In this document: piece by piece, positions 12,163-24,850 of the stretch
How the letters are laid out: the number at the start of each line of letters is the position of its first letter
Numbering within the stretch: position 1 is the stretch's first letter
From: Zygnema circumcarinatum SAG 698-1b
Lineage: Eukaryota; Plantae; Zygnematophyceae
Assembly: GCA_037447605.1 (NCBI GenBank)
Contig: CM074809.1
Location: forward strand, 186,001-250,000
DNA length: 64,000 nucleotides
Direction: 5' to 3'
Notes under the pieces: model-generated
The model's input: the letters and a program-made list of their open reading frames with translations, nothing else
Told to the model about the DNA's origin: nothing
The model's database searches: none
Program-made: the position numbers and the translations under genes

Positions 12163-14641
12163 ATGGCCCCTTTAAAGCCAACCCTAAAACTGGGGAAGCA
12201 GAGCAGCATTTCCTCTTTTTTCACTCCTAAGGCCTCTCGTTCTGCGCCGAAAAAAATTTCAAGTTCTCCCCAAAAGGAAAAAAAATTGCTCCCTGGAGAT
12301 GGCTCTCCGCCAGAATCGACAGAAGAAAAAAAACTTTTTTCGGCGCCGGAATTCGACGACGAGAAGGAGACGAAGCGGGTCAGGACGGATTCCGGGCAGC
12401 GGAAAAAAAAAGTATTTGCAAATTCACCCCAGAAATGCCCTCCCGCTTCTCCTTTAAATTCGTCGGAGAAAGTTTCCTCGAAGGTGGAAAGCCTTCCCGA
12501 GGACTCGGGCAGCGATGAAGAAATTTACGGGCAGAGGAGGAGGACGAGGCGGCTGCGCAATGCTGGGGCCAGAATTGCAAATAAATCTGAAACTAAGGAG
12601 GGGGAAATTTCGAATGATGTGAGGGAGGAGGAAATTACGAGGAAAAGTAGTGTTCAGCGGAAGAGGGTTTATAGGGAGGTGGAGAGCAGCGAAGATGAAG
12701 ATGAAGATGAAGATGAAGAATTTCAAGTGGAGAGCATGATGGAAGTGGAGGAAGAATCCGAAACGGAGGAAAAATTATTGGAGGAGCTTCAGTCCGATGA
12801 AGGAGAATTCGGAAATGAAAATGAGAAAAGGAAGGGGAAAAAGCCGGATAAGAAGAAGAGGAAAATCTTGGGTTCCGGGGAGAAAGGGAGCGAGAGAGAT
12901 AGGGAGGGAGGGAAAGGGGGAGATGGGAGCCGAGGGAGTGAAGGAGGAGGTGGGGCCAAGGATGATGTAAAATTAAAGGTTTTAAAAACAGCTGAAAGGG
13001 AGAAAGAGACAGAAACGAAGCCTAGTTCGGAAATTTTGCCCGTCGGGCAGCCGGAAGGCGCTTCAAAAAAAACGAAAGAATCGGTTCCTGGTGAGAATTT
13101 TTTTTTGTCCAAGACTTGTGTATTTCTTGTTTATCTTTTCTCGCAATCAAAATTTATAATTCTATATACTCTAGCTACTCAATACCTCATATCGGTTACG
13201 TTTTTTTAGGGCCATAAAGTGAGGAGGAAACTATGAGTTTATTTACTTTTTCTATAGAACTTTTGATATCATTATTTTTTTTCTTTCTTAAAATCTTCCA
13301 TTTTTTTAAAGAGAAACGGGGATGCTTTGCAGGTTGTGGTTTGGGCCCTGAAATCTTTGGAGCCGCGACTGAGCGGTTCGGCGGTCGGGTCGACCAAAAA
13401 TTTCCATTTCTTGCAAAGTATGTTTTTCTCTTTTTTTTTTGGTTTTCTTTTTTGGGAATTCATTCGGATATGAAAGCTGTTTTTTGATGCGAACATGGTT
13501 TTTTTTTGTCATTCATGAGAAACATGAAAAAAATCCATTCATCGTCATATCATTAAAAAGATAATTCAGCTTATTCATATGTGTTTTTTCTTCTTCCTTT
13601 TTGAGATGACAGAGATCGGAGAGACGCCAAAAAGAGGCGGCCGAGCGATCCGGGATATGATGAGCGGACGCTTTATATTCCGGAAAATTTTCTCAACCAA
13701 CTTACCGGGGGGCAGGTAATTTAATTTCATAAATTGCTTGATTCCTAAAACAAGCATCTTTTTATCTTTTTTTTGAAGTCCGGCTCTGAAAGGTCACACA
13801 ACCCATTGAAGAACTGTCCTCTCGTTCAAATAAATTTGAAGGGGATAATTTATTTTTGATCGGTTTTTTTTTGCAGAGGCAATGGTGGCAATTCAAGGCA
13901 CAACATATGGACAAGGTTCTTTTATTCAAGGTATGACTTATATCCCCTCTGTACCCTATCTGTACCCTCTCTCTACTGCTTGTTATACCACCTTTATACT
14001 CGCATGCATTCTTATTTCTCCCCTTCGTCTCTCTCTGCGTCACGCTTCTCTCTCTCTCTCTCTACCTCACTTTCTACCTCTCTCTCTCCCCCTCCCCCTC
14101 TCTCGCTCGTCTCTCTCTCATTCTCCACCACTATCTCGACCTTTCTCGCTTCCTCCCTCACTGTCACTCTCTCCTAGCTCTCTCTCGACCTCCCCTTCTC
14201 CTTCTCCTTTCTTATTCTCTCCTCCCATGTCGGGCCAGATGGGGAAATTTTATGAAATGTTTGAAATGGACGCTCATGTCGGAGCTCAAGAACTCGACCT
14301 CCAATACATGAAGGTGAGATTCCTTCTTCCCTTTTTTTTTTGGGTGCCTACTTTCCTTTTTTTTTTTTGGGTGTAACTTTTTTTTATACTGCTTATGAAA
14401 AGCAAATCGATTCACATTCCTTTGTTTACAATTTGATCGTCTTTGCGGAGTACAGGGCGACCAGCCTCACTGCGGATTTCCCGAAAAGAATTATGCCGAC
14501 AATGCAGAACGACTCGTTCGTAAGGTATTAATACATATGTTATGATGAACTCGCTTCTTTGCTTCATCGTGATTGGCCTCTCCCTCTCTCTCTACCTCTC
14601 TCCCTCTCTCCCCACCTCTTTTTGCTGCACATTCTCTCCCT

Positions 14642-14680
<39 letters not shown>

Positions 14681-15295
14681 TCTCTCTCTCTCGCTGTGAA
14701 TGACAGGGGTACCGCGTGTTAGTAGTGGAGCAAACAGAAACGCCGGATCAGTTGGAGCAACGGAAACGGGAAACTGGGAGCAAAGATAAGGTGAATCTCT
14801 GAAAGACCAAATTTCTGAATGCATTGTTTCCTCTCCCAGTTCCTACATCACATTTTTTTCAGCATCCTGCTCTTAAGAGCTACCTTGGTATCCGCTCTAA
14901 CTCCAAAAATTCTTCTTCCACCAAGATATGGAGTTAGAGGGGGTTCGAATGTTCATAAATTATTTGTTTGTTTTAATTATTTATTTATCTTTCAGGTTGT
15001 CCGGCGTGACGTCTGCGCTGTGTTGAGCAAAGGAACACTTGTGGATGGAGAAATGTTGGGAGCAAATCCCGAGGCCAGTTTTCTGTTGTCTATTACAGAA
15101 ACAGTAACGAATGACGAGTCGCCAGCTGTCACCATCGGAGTGGCTGCGGCAGATACGGCCGCCGGACGGTTCCTTGTGGGACAGGTATCAGTTACAGTTG
15201 CGAAATTATTCAATTTCAGGGTGTCTGGGTTATTTTAATTCTGTCCATAGGGTGATGCATACATCGCATGCTTTTGCATTAATCTCTCTTCCCCC

Positions 15296-15349
<54 letters not shown>

Positions 15350-17426
15350 ACCTCTCTCTATTGTCTCTCTCCCTCCCTCCCTTGCAGTTCCTGGATGATT
15401 CTGCTCGAACACGACTTCGTGCGGTTCTATGCGAGTTACGGCCCGTAGAACTGATAAAGCCAGCTGGCCAGCTGTCAGACGCAACGGAACGGGCTCTCAA
15501 GGATCACACCAGGCAGCCTCTTGTCAATAATATGATTCCAAAAAAGGAGTTTTGGGACAGTGAAACGACAATTATCACACTCGACCAGTATTTTTCAGTG
15601 GAAACGGAAACGGAAACGGAACTGGAACTGGAACTGGAAGCGGAAGGAGAAGATTTCCATGTCAGACGACAGAACTGGCCAATAGTGTTGCGCCACCTGG
15701 CAGAAGCAGGTGCATCTGGGGAGGTTGCTATCTCCGCATTTGGAGGATGTGTGTCGTACCTTTCGAAGGCATTACTTGACACTTCTTTACTCGCTTTAAA
15801 AAGAGTCGAAATTTTGCCAAATTCTGATACGATGAACGAGTTTAACTGCAACAGCCACATGGAAATGGAGACAGACATTATAAAGGGGAAGAACTTCAAA
15901 GGAGTGTGGATGCAGGCGGAGGACAAAGAGCCGAAGATGGTTTTGGACAGCGCTGCACTCGAAAATTTGGAGATTTTGGAAAACAGTAGAGACGGGGGAA
16001 GGACAGGGTACGTTCGCAGTTTCTTTATGAAAGTTTATAAGATTTAAAGGAATATTCTGTCAGACGAAATTCCTGATAACTTCCTTAAATGACAATTTCC
16101 AAGTCCTCTAATTGTCTTCATGTGTTTTCTCCACATGTAAAAAACGCACTGATCTGAAACGCTCTAGTGGGTTAATAATACCCTAACACAGGCCATTTCT
16201 TTGTCAACTTCATCCCATGTTGCCTCTCAAACTTGACTCGTTCTAAAAAGTTGTTATTACTCTACTACTGCCGCACTTGTTATCTGACCCCCCCCCCCTT
16301 TTTTCTCTTCTGAAATATTTGGGGTATATATGCAATGGATGTGCAGAACGCTGGTTTGGCTTTTGGACCAGTGCGCGAGTCCGTTCGGAAAGCGGCTCCT
16401 CCGCGAGTGGCTCGCTCGCCCTCTGCTCCGAGTGGCCGCCATCAAGGAGAGGCAGGACGCGGTGGCGGACCTCAAGGTGGGAGAGAGACAGAGAGAGAGG
16501 GGGAGAGGGGGGGGAGAGAGAGTGGGGGGGAGAGAGAGAGGGGGGGGAGAGCGAGAGGNNNNNNNNNNGGAGAGAGAGAGGGGGTGAGAGAGAGAGGGGG
16601 GGAGAGAGAGAGTGGGTGGGAGAGAGAGGGGGGGGCAGAGAGCGAGGGGGAGAGAGAGAGAGAGGGGGGGGAGAGAGAGGGGGGGGAGAGAGAGAGAGGG
16701 GCAGGGAAAAAAAGGGGGAGACAGAAAGGGAGAAAGGGAGAAAGTGGGGCCGGGAGAGAGAATCTATTTGAGTTTCCTCACTTTGGCTGACTCTATGGAG
16801 GTCTGCCTGTTCTTGTATTGCAGGGGGAGGCAGCTGAAGCTCTGGGCAGCGCTCGGAAAGTTTTGGCCGGGTTGCCCGACATGGAACGAATTCTAGCACG
16901 CCTCCATGCAAGCAGGTGCATATTGCAGTTTTTTTTTTTTTTAAAACTGGAAACAAAAAACTGTTACAGTTTTGGTCTCTCCGCACTTTCAAATACGCGA
17001 TTTCAAATATTGCATTTGAAAGTATGGTTTTTTCCTAGTTCTGCATTTGTACGGCTATCGATCTTCATTTGGTACAATTGTCATTTCTTTCTTTAAGGCG
17101 GAGTTCAGCAGCAACCCCTGCAATTCAAGTGAGTCTGGAAACCATGCCAACTTTTAACCCCTTCATTTTATCCATTATTTCTGTTCTTGGTGCAGTGCTT
17201 TGGGTGGCGGATCTGGCCGTAATGCGGCAAATGTTGTCCTTTACGAAGATGCGGCGATAAAGCATTTGAAGGAATTCACTTCTGCTCTCAAGGGATGCAA
17301 AGCCATGGCTAAAGCTGCATGCTTCTTTCATCCATATTTGGAGGGTTTGACATCCCGACGATTAAAATGGCTGCTCACACCAGGTATGGTGAAATGAAGT
17401 GCCCAGTTTTAAGTTTTTATCTCTTG

Positions 17427-17457
<31 letters not shown>

Positions 17458-17461
17458 TTCG

Positions 17462-17493
<32 letters not shown>

Positions 17494-20400
17494 CCCTCTC
17501 GGTCTCCCTCTCACTATTTGTTTCACTCTCTCACTCACACACGATTCCCTTGCTACCCCATCGTTTTCCCCCCTCTCACGCTCTCATCTCCTTCCCTTCT
17601 TTTCCCTTATTTCCCTCTCCCTCTCCTCTTTTTTTTGTCTCTAGCCCCTCCTCTCTCTATCTCTCGTCCTTTCTCTTCTTCCTCTCCCTCGGGAGCTGTA
17701 GCCGATTTTATGTGCTCTAAATTGTTTAGTCACTTGGGATTTCACTTTTTTACAGGCGAAGGATTTCCAGATTTGGACCTTGAAATTGAACAATTTGAAA
17801 ACGCATTTGATTGGGACAAAGCCGAAGAGACAGGCCGAATTGTTCCAAGTGCGGGAATTGATGCCGAGTTCGATTCAGCATGTGCCAAAATTAAAACCAT
17901 TGAAGCGGAATTTGAAGCGTATTTAAAGGAGCAACGGAAGCGGCTCGGAAATCCGTCGGAGGTTTGCAACTATCTCCCTTTAAGAAAACTGAAAAAAGAA
18001 GAAGATTGTCGACATAACAAGAATGCAGCAAACTGGAGATGGGTTCACATTATAGATAGTTAGCCTTTGCATGATGGCAGGGAGAGCATGTGAAGGATAT
18101 GTGCAACAATTAGACATTATCGGACTGATATTGTATGAGTTATTTGAATGTGTGTGTGTGTCTAGAATTCATGTATTTTATATATTAAATTTATATTGTT
18201 TATTATATTTTTGGCAGATGGTTTACGCTACGGTGGGGAAAGATCCGTATCAGATGGAAGTTCCGGAGCGTCTGCATGCTCGCGTTCCAAAAGAATATGA
18301 AGTCAAGTCATCGAAGAAGGTGAGTTATTTTGAATTCTGTATTTGCATATGCACTTTACGCAATTCGGGAGAGCGTTAATGCACGAAGATAAGCTTCATA
18401 GCCTTCAGAATGTTTGCAATTGGAGAGAGAGTAGGTGAGGGAGAGGTGGGAGGAGAGACAGGGGAAGGGGTATGGGACGGAGGTAGGAGAGAGGGAGGGA
18501 GGGAGGGAGGGAGGGAGGGAGGGAGAGGGAGAGTGAGGGAATGAGAAATGGAACGAGTGAAAGAGGGGAAGAAAAGATGGAGAACGGGAGAGAAGGTGAC
18601 GAAGTGATTGGATGGGGGAGGGAAAGGGAGGAAGCGGAGGGAGATAGAGGCGGGGTTAGAGCTGAATACGATAGCGGGATCAGCAAGTTAGAGGGAGAAA
18701 GACGGAGAAAGAGAGTGCGGGAGGGAGGAAAAGGGAGAAAGTTATATTTCGCTTCAGCGAATGAATCACATGAGAATCGTCCTTCGTGCACCAGTTTAAG
18801 TCCAATTGCCTTTTTTTTCTGTATTTTTTTGCATTTTAGGGTTTCCGCCGCTACTGGACGCCCACAATTCGGGAGCTTCTCTCTCGTCTGACCACCGTCA
18901 GGGAGGCCAAGGAAGCCTCGCTTCGTAATATTTTGCAAAATTTGAAGTCAAAATTTTGCGGTCACATGGAGAAGTGGTCTGCCGCTATGCGAGCAATTGC
19001 CGGTAAGTTTCCCAAAAACCGAAATCAAGAGAGAGAATCTCAAAATCTTAGTTTTTATTTGCGTCTTTCGGACTTCCCCACAATGCATCACAACATAAAA
19101 CTCAAAGGTTTTGTGTGTTTTTCTATTTCAGTGTGTCCTCCAAACTCATTTTTTTCTCACATATCGCCTTTTTTGGAACAGAGCTGGACGTTCTCGGAAG
19201 CTTCGCCTGTGCCAGCTCATACATGGAGGGAGAGCTCTGTCGGCCCATCTTTGTTGAACCGAACGCGAAAACGAGTGCGGAAGATGGAAGTGCTGAAACT
19301 GAAGCTGAAATTTGCCCCTTTTTGGAGGCAAAGGCCCTTCGCCACCCCGCGCTGAGCGGGTTTGTGCCCAACGACACGCGCGTGGGAGGGAAGGGGGCGA
19401 GCCTTGTGCTGCTCACGGGACCGAACATGGGGGGGAAGTCTACGCTGCTGAGGCAGACCTGCCTGGCAGTCGTCATGGCGCAGGTGAGAGAGGGGGAGAG
19501 AGAGAGAGGGGGGAGGGAGGGAGAGAGAGAGAGGGGGGGGGAGGGAGGGAGACAGGGAGGGAGGGAGGGGGAGAGAGAGAGAGGGGAGGGGGGGGAGAGA
19601 GAGGGGAGAGAGGGAGAGAGAGAAAGAGGGAGAGGGAGGGAGAGAGCGAGAGAGGGGGGGAGGGAGGGAGCGAGTGAGAGGGAAGGGGGGGGAGAAAGAG
19701 GTGAGAGGGAGGAAGAGAGAGAGAGAGAGGTCGGAGGGAGGCAGAGAGAGAGGAGGGAGAGAGGGAGGGAGAGAGAGAGGAGGGAGAGAGGGAGGGAGAG
19801 AGATGAGAGGAAGAGAGAGAGAGAGGGGGGAGGGAGGGAGGGAGAGGTAGGGGGGAGGGGGGAAGAGAGGAAGTGGGGGGGGGAGGGAGAGGGGGGAACG
19901 AGGAAGATAGAGTGAGAGGAGGAAGGGAGAGGGGGGAGGAGGTGAGGAGAGAGACCGGGGGAGGGAAGAGGGAGAGGGGAGAGGGAGGCAGAAGGGGAGA
20001 AAGAGGGGGATGGGGGGGGATGGAGAGAGGGAAAGTGGGGGATGAGGTGAAGGGAGGGGAAGGAAGGGGAATAGGGAGGGTTTTGGAGAGGGGGAGGGAG
20101 CGGAAGAAGATATGACGCGTGTGAAAGAGTGGGATAGGGGAGTTAGGGGGAGCTGGAGAAGATGCGGGGAAAAGGAGGGAGGGGCTTACTGGAGAGGGAG
20201 AGGCAAGCAGAGAGCAAGGAGAGGAGTAGAAGGGAGAGACCCTGAGTCAAAGGGAAAGCAGTAGAGGTAGAAGAGTGTTGAAACGGTTAAGTTTTTGCAA
20301 AGTGATTGAGGGAGAGAGCGAGGGAAAGAGAGAGATAGAGACGAGGGTGATGAAGGAAGGTAGGAAAGGAAAATAACGTTTCCTTCTTGTGTATTTTTCT

Positions 20401-22004
20401 GAGCAGGTCGGTGCAGATGTGCCAGCAGAGATGTTTCGCCTCACTCCGGTGGACCGAATTTTTGTTCGAATGGGAGCCAAAGACCACATCATGGCGAAGC
20501 AGAGCACCTTTTTGGTGGAGCTCTCGGAGACAGCAGACATGCTGGTGGGGTTCAGGGCCTAAGACCTAAGATTTGGGGTATTAGGGTTTTGGGGAATTCA
20601 AGGTTCCTTTATCGCGTTCAGCAGTCCCAGTCTTTCTTGTTCAAGCTATGTTTTAGTTACGGCGATGTTCCGGGTTTCAGCAGGGTGAAAGACTCACCAT
20701 GGTGACCATAGTCATGCTTACTCAGGTTTAAGCATGGTTTCTCTTCTTTTGCTTTAGTTGACTGAACGAACGATGAGCTTTATTTTTGGATGCAGAGATC
20801 TGCGACTCGGCACTCTTTGGTGGCCCTCGATGAACTCGGTCGAGGAACAGCCACGTCGGATGGACAAGCCATTGCGTAAGCTTTTTCATTCTCCTCGGAT
20901 GCCCTAAAATTCGCAGACTTTCCAGAACGAAAGAATCTTAGGGAAAGAATCCTAATACTGTAAGGGGATGGCCGTTGGTTTTCTAAAAATCGCTGCTGAT
21001 GTGACTTCCCCTCAATTGGCTGTTGGACTCAGGCATGCCGTTCTTCAACACTTAGTGCATGAAACGAAATGTCGAGGGTTGTTTTCAACTCATTATCACC
21101 GCCTGGCTGATGAGCACATCAACGATCCGAAGGTGGGTTTCTAACCGAAGATGTTTTACATCACGAAGCAATGGAGGGTTGAAAACTTCAGTGGAAAGTC
21201 AAGAAGTAGTTGCAATGTGGAGCTTTGAAGCGGCTGCTTGGAGCTTTGAATGGGGCTCATGATGATGTTTTTGCTGCATCTGGTGATGTTTTTTTCATGT
21301 GGGGTGAGGTGGGGTAAATGGTTAAGGTGGTTAGGGTTAAGGTTAGGGTTAGGGTCAGGGTTAGGGTTAGGGTTAGGGTAAGGGTTTAGGGTTAGGGTTA
21401 GGGTTAGGGTTAGGGTTACTGTGTAATCTAAACCCCCGATCCAATCTGAATGCTGGTTTGCAGGTGGCCCTTTACCATATGGCGTGCAAAGTGGGGTTGT
21501 CGGCAGAGGGCGCGGAGGAGGTCACATTTCTTTACAAGCTGGCAGAGGGAGCGTGCCCAAAAAGCTATGGAGTCAATGTGGCACGCCTCGCAGGTATGAC
21601 TTTTCAAAGATTTAAGGGTTTTCTGAGAAAAACCGACGGCCTGTCTTGTGTTCTTGAGCACTGTATTTGTGGCTTTGTGGGAGATTTAGGGTTCATGTTT
21701 GATGATGTGAAGCGTTTATCTCCGGGTTGCAGGCATGCCTGATTCTGTGTTGACACGGGCAGCCGAGAGGGCTCATGATCTGGAGCTTCTAAAGGGGAGA
21801 TCAGCTTCAGAAGGGTGGAACTCAGGTCAAATGGATCTCAGTGTTATGAGAGAAGTAGCTGGAATTGGCAGCAGGTTAACTGACCTGTGCAAAGTTAACC
21901 ATGAAGGTCAACTGGAAGGAAGAGCAGAAATCGACGAAAGTGAAATCTTGGATGAGCTGCGGACCCTTCAAAAGAAGGCGGCTGAATTGCTAAACGCAGT
22001 TTGA
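12163..22004 (+). CDS. MSH6: DNA mismatch repair protein MSH6 (MutS-alpha subunit); about 21 exons
   Basis: N-terminal PIP box KQSSISSFF; RTLYIP...[54 protein letters not shown] (mismatch-binding GxFYE, typical of MSH6); [16 protein letters not shown]; [13 protein letters not shown]; Walker [15 protein letters not shown]; [12 protein letters not shown]; [12 protein letters not shown]; [25 protein letters not shown]; stop at 22004. Confidence 0.97.
16559..16568. other. Assembly gap (10 N) in a GA tract of an MSH6 intron
   Basis: Run of n. Confidence 1.
21320..21418. repeat. Intronic (TTAGGG)n array in MSH6
   Basis: About 15 hexamer units, mostly perfect TTAGGG, with one TTTAGGG. Confidence 0.92.
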
Positions 22005-22715
22005 AGTTTTCCTGTGCAAACCTGAAGGACGTCGGATATTGCCAATTTAGAGAACTCAGAAATTAAGGTGCTTTTCGACAATTTGGATTGTTGTCCGATA
22101 AAATGGTTAGTCGTAGAATTGTTAGGTCGGAAGAGTCGATTGTAAAGTATGTTTTCCAGTAGCAAAAGCTTGTTGGCAATTGAATCTGCACTGTAAAGAC
22201 GTTACATCCCTCAAAAAGAAGGATTTGCGTCAGAATGGCCCTAATCTCTTGCCTTGCTACTTCAAGTATTTACCGAGCTAAGCATTATTAAGCAAAGCGA
22301 AAAAAAGCTTGATAAATCCAAGGTGCAATGATGCAAAACATTGGAATTTTCTGCATGACAAAAACGAGCGGGCAGCCTCAGCAGGAAAGCAGGAAAAGGA
22401 AAAGGTGCCGTTCACTATGAACCACTATGAAGCCGTCTGCCGACGGCCCTTGAATATGTACAATTCGAGAAAAAGAAGCAACCTTTAGGATGAGCATCAC
22501 TGCCTGCAGCTATTTCAGCCTTGTGAAGCCTAAGGCGATGGAGGTTACTATTGTTTTCCTGATGGCTTACTGTTGTTCATGATGAGCATTGAGACTACCT
22601 TTCCGTCCTTTATTATTATTGCTTTCTATACAAGGCAGTCCAAAAGACGCTTGAAATCTCAGAGCAGGTGACGATGGAGTATTGAGATCAACACAGTATT
22701 GAGATCCAGAGCCTG

Positions 22716-23336
22716 TCAGAAATTACTGTGTGAGGGGGACTGAGACTGATACTGAGACTGAGACTGAGACTGGATCCGTGACATTATGACATAGATGGCA
22801 AGAAGAAACGCAAAGAGGACGAAGGCAGCCACTGTGCGACTGATAACAATGGCTGGACGCTCATGAGGCGAATGTTTCCAGGGGGAGTCGGAAGTCTTCC
22901 TACTCTTCAGGAAGCGATGTTTCTCCTTTCGCCCAATGGATTTCCGATGGTCTTCTGGCAAGGATGCCAGCCCTCTCACTTCTGCATGGATGGAGGAAAC
23001 AATCTGTGATGATGATGACATTGCATTGGAACATGCATGCTACGTAATAGAGAAAATTGAGAATGTATCCATCACGCGAGAGGAAGAGCAACAGCATATT
23101 GCGTGCTGTGTCAAGAGAGGGAATCGAAAAACTCTTGCTCTAGTTGAGCTGAGCAATCGAAGAGTTCTGCTTTACGAGCGCTTTCCATAAACAAGCGAAA
23201 AGAAGCGCCTTCATTGGGAGAAGCGCCTCGCATTTTTTTTTCCCATTCCGGCACAATCCCGCTCAGTACAAATCATAACTGGTCATTGTACCTGGATATT
23301 CCAGGATGCAGGACTGAGGCGAGCACGCAAAGCCAT
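22716..23336 (-). CDS. Possible small orphan protein with a C-terminal transmembrane helix; 5' end unresolved (candidate exons 23336-23292 and 22981-22716)
   Basis: An acceptor catgcag at 22982 opens a frame ending ...ISRTVAAFVLFAFLLAIYVIMSRIQSQSQSQYQSQSPSHSNF*. A 45-nt phase-1/1 exon with ag and gtac ends fits upstream. No recognised homology and no start codon found. Confidence 0.3.
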
Positions 23337-23773
23337 CTATCAACACAAGCGGAAAGATGGAAATAGCAAAGTCGCTAAAGCGACCTTCGCTCACTTGGAA
23401 AAAAAATTAAAAAAATGAGCGCTAGCAGTTGAAAGCGCCACAAGAGCAACATAATGCAGCAAGGGCTAGATAGAGAGCAAAGGCAAACTGGCAGCAGAGT
23501 ATTCTTGCCTGCATTGATCCAAAAATGACCTATTGCAAGCAAGAAATGATTCAGGATTTGCAAGCTTCACTATAAATATAAAACCTTACTGCTCGATGCC
23601 GCACATACAAACAACACATTTTATTATTTTCACAAAAACATAGAAAGGAATTCCACGACTCATTCCTCACCCTCTTTCGCAAAGATTTATTTACCTGTCC
23701 TCGCCATTGGCCGACCTTTCCAAGGGGAATATGCCCTGCAGGATTTCCAGGCAGGTGATGTTTAACAAAAGAG

Positions 23774-24060
23774 AAAGTGATGTCAAACGAAAGTGATGTT
23801 AACAAAGGAAAGTGATGCGCAGGGCGGCCATGGGATCGGCAACCTTTGGACAACCATTGGATGGCAATGGTTTTACGATTGATTTCCAATGGTTGGTAAC
23901 CATTGCAATGGTTGGCACGCATTGAATCCAATGGTTCGGACCATTGCCAATGGTTGGCTGGGTCATAAACCAATGATTGATCAATGGTCCGACCTGTAAA
24001 ATGATGTTTCAAAAAGAAAAGTGATGTTAAATAAAGTGATGTTAGCAAAAGTGATGTCAG
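23774..24060. promoter_or_regulatory. CAATG/CATTG (CCAAT-like) cluster bracketed by AAAGTGATG triplets
   Basis: 11 CAATG/CATTG motifs in 23853-23988 and three AAAGTGATG on each side. Confidence 0.55.
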
Positions 24061-24850
24061 TCATCCGCTACATACTCCGTCTTGATGTCCGCTCCTGGTG
24101 GCTGTCGTCTAAAAAAGCCGGACAAAACTGGTCCAATCGCAGTGTACCACATCAACAAAAGCATACACGTGGTAATTTGTAACTGGTTGAATTATTTTGT
24201 TAGGCCGAGGTTCTATGCCGTTGAATTTATTGTAGCTGGACTGACATGGAACGTAAAGTCCTTTGGCGGTATCTTCGTAAGGACCGACGGGCCGTTGGTT
24301 TGGAGATTCCCTCTTCCTGGCTCACAGAGCGCCGTACACATATGTACCAATCCCACCACCTAGTGATCGTTCGTACATATTTCGTACCTTCAGCCTAATA
24401 AAAACAGTACTTTTGTGTACGAAGATCCTGAGTGACTATTAACTAACAGGAACGTCACATGTGGAAGGCACACTCGTGACCGTTAGAAAAAACGGGATCC
24501 GAATCCAGTAAAACTGGAGAGCATAGAACGACATGCAGGACTCGTGCTTGCTTGAGCAGCAATCCCACTCCATCTCCTGCTGCTCCTACTGCTCCTACTG
24601 CTCCTACTGCTCCTGCATGCTTCAGATCGGCGACATTCTCCACCAAAGAAGCCAACAGTATTAACATCTGCATTTACAGCTTGACAGTCTTTCTCTTCGT
24701 TTGGATTCCTTATCCAGTTTGCAGTTTGCCGAAGCCCTGGCAGGGGTTTCCGCCCCGGGCGAGGCCAAGATAACGTCCACGCAAGTTCGCCGCAGGACAA
24801 GTCCGATCCTGGAAGAGGACAAGCTCCTCGGAGGCGAAGAGGACGACAGG

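Noticed and set aside
23551-24048. 165-aa minus-strand ORF across the CAATG cassette
   Set aside because: It starts at a non-ATG codon, its composition is dictated by the repeat motifs, and it shows no protein-like features.
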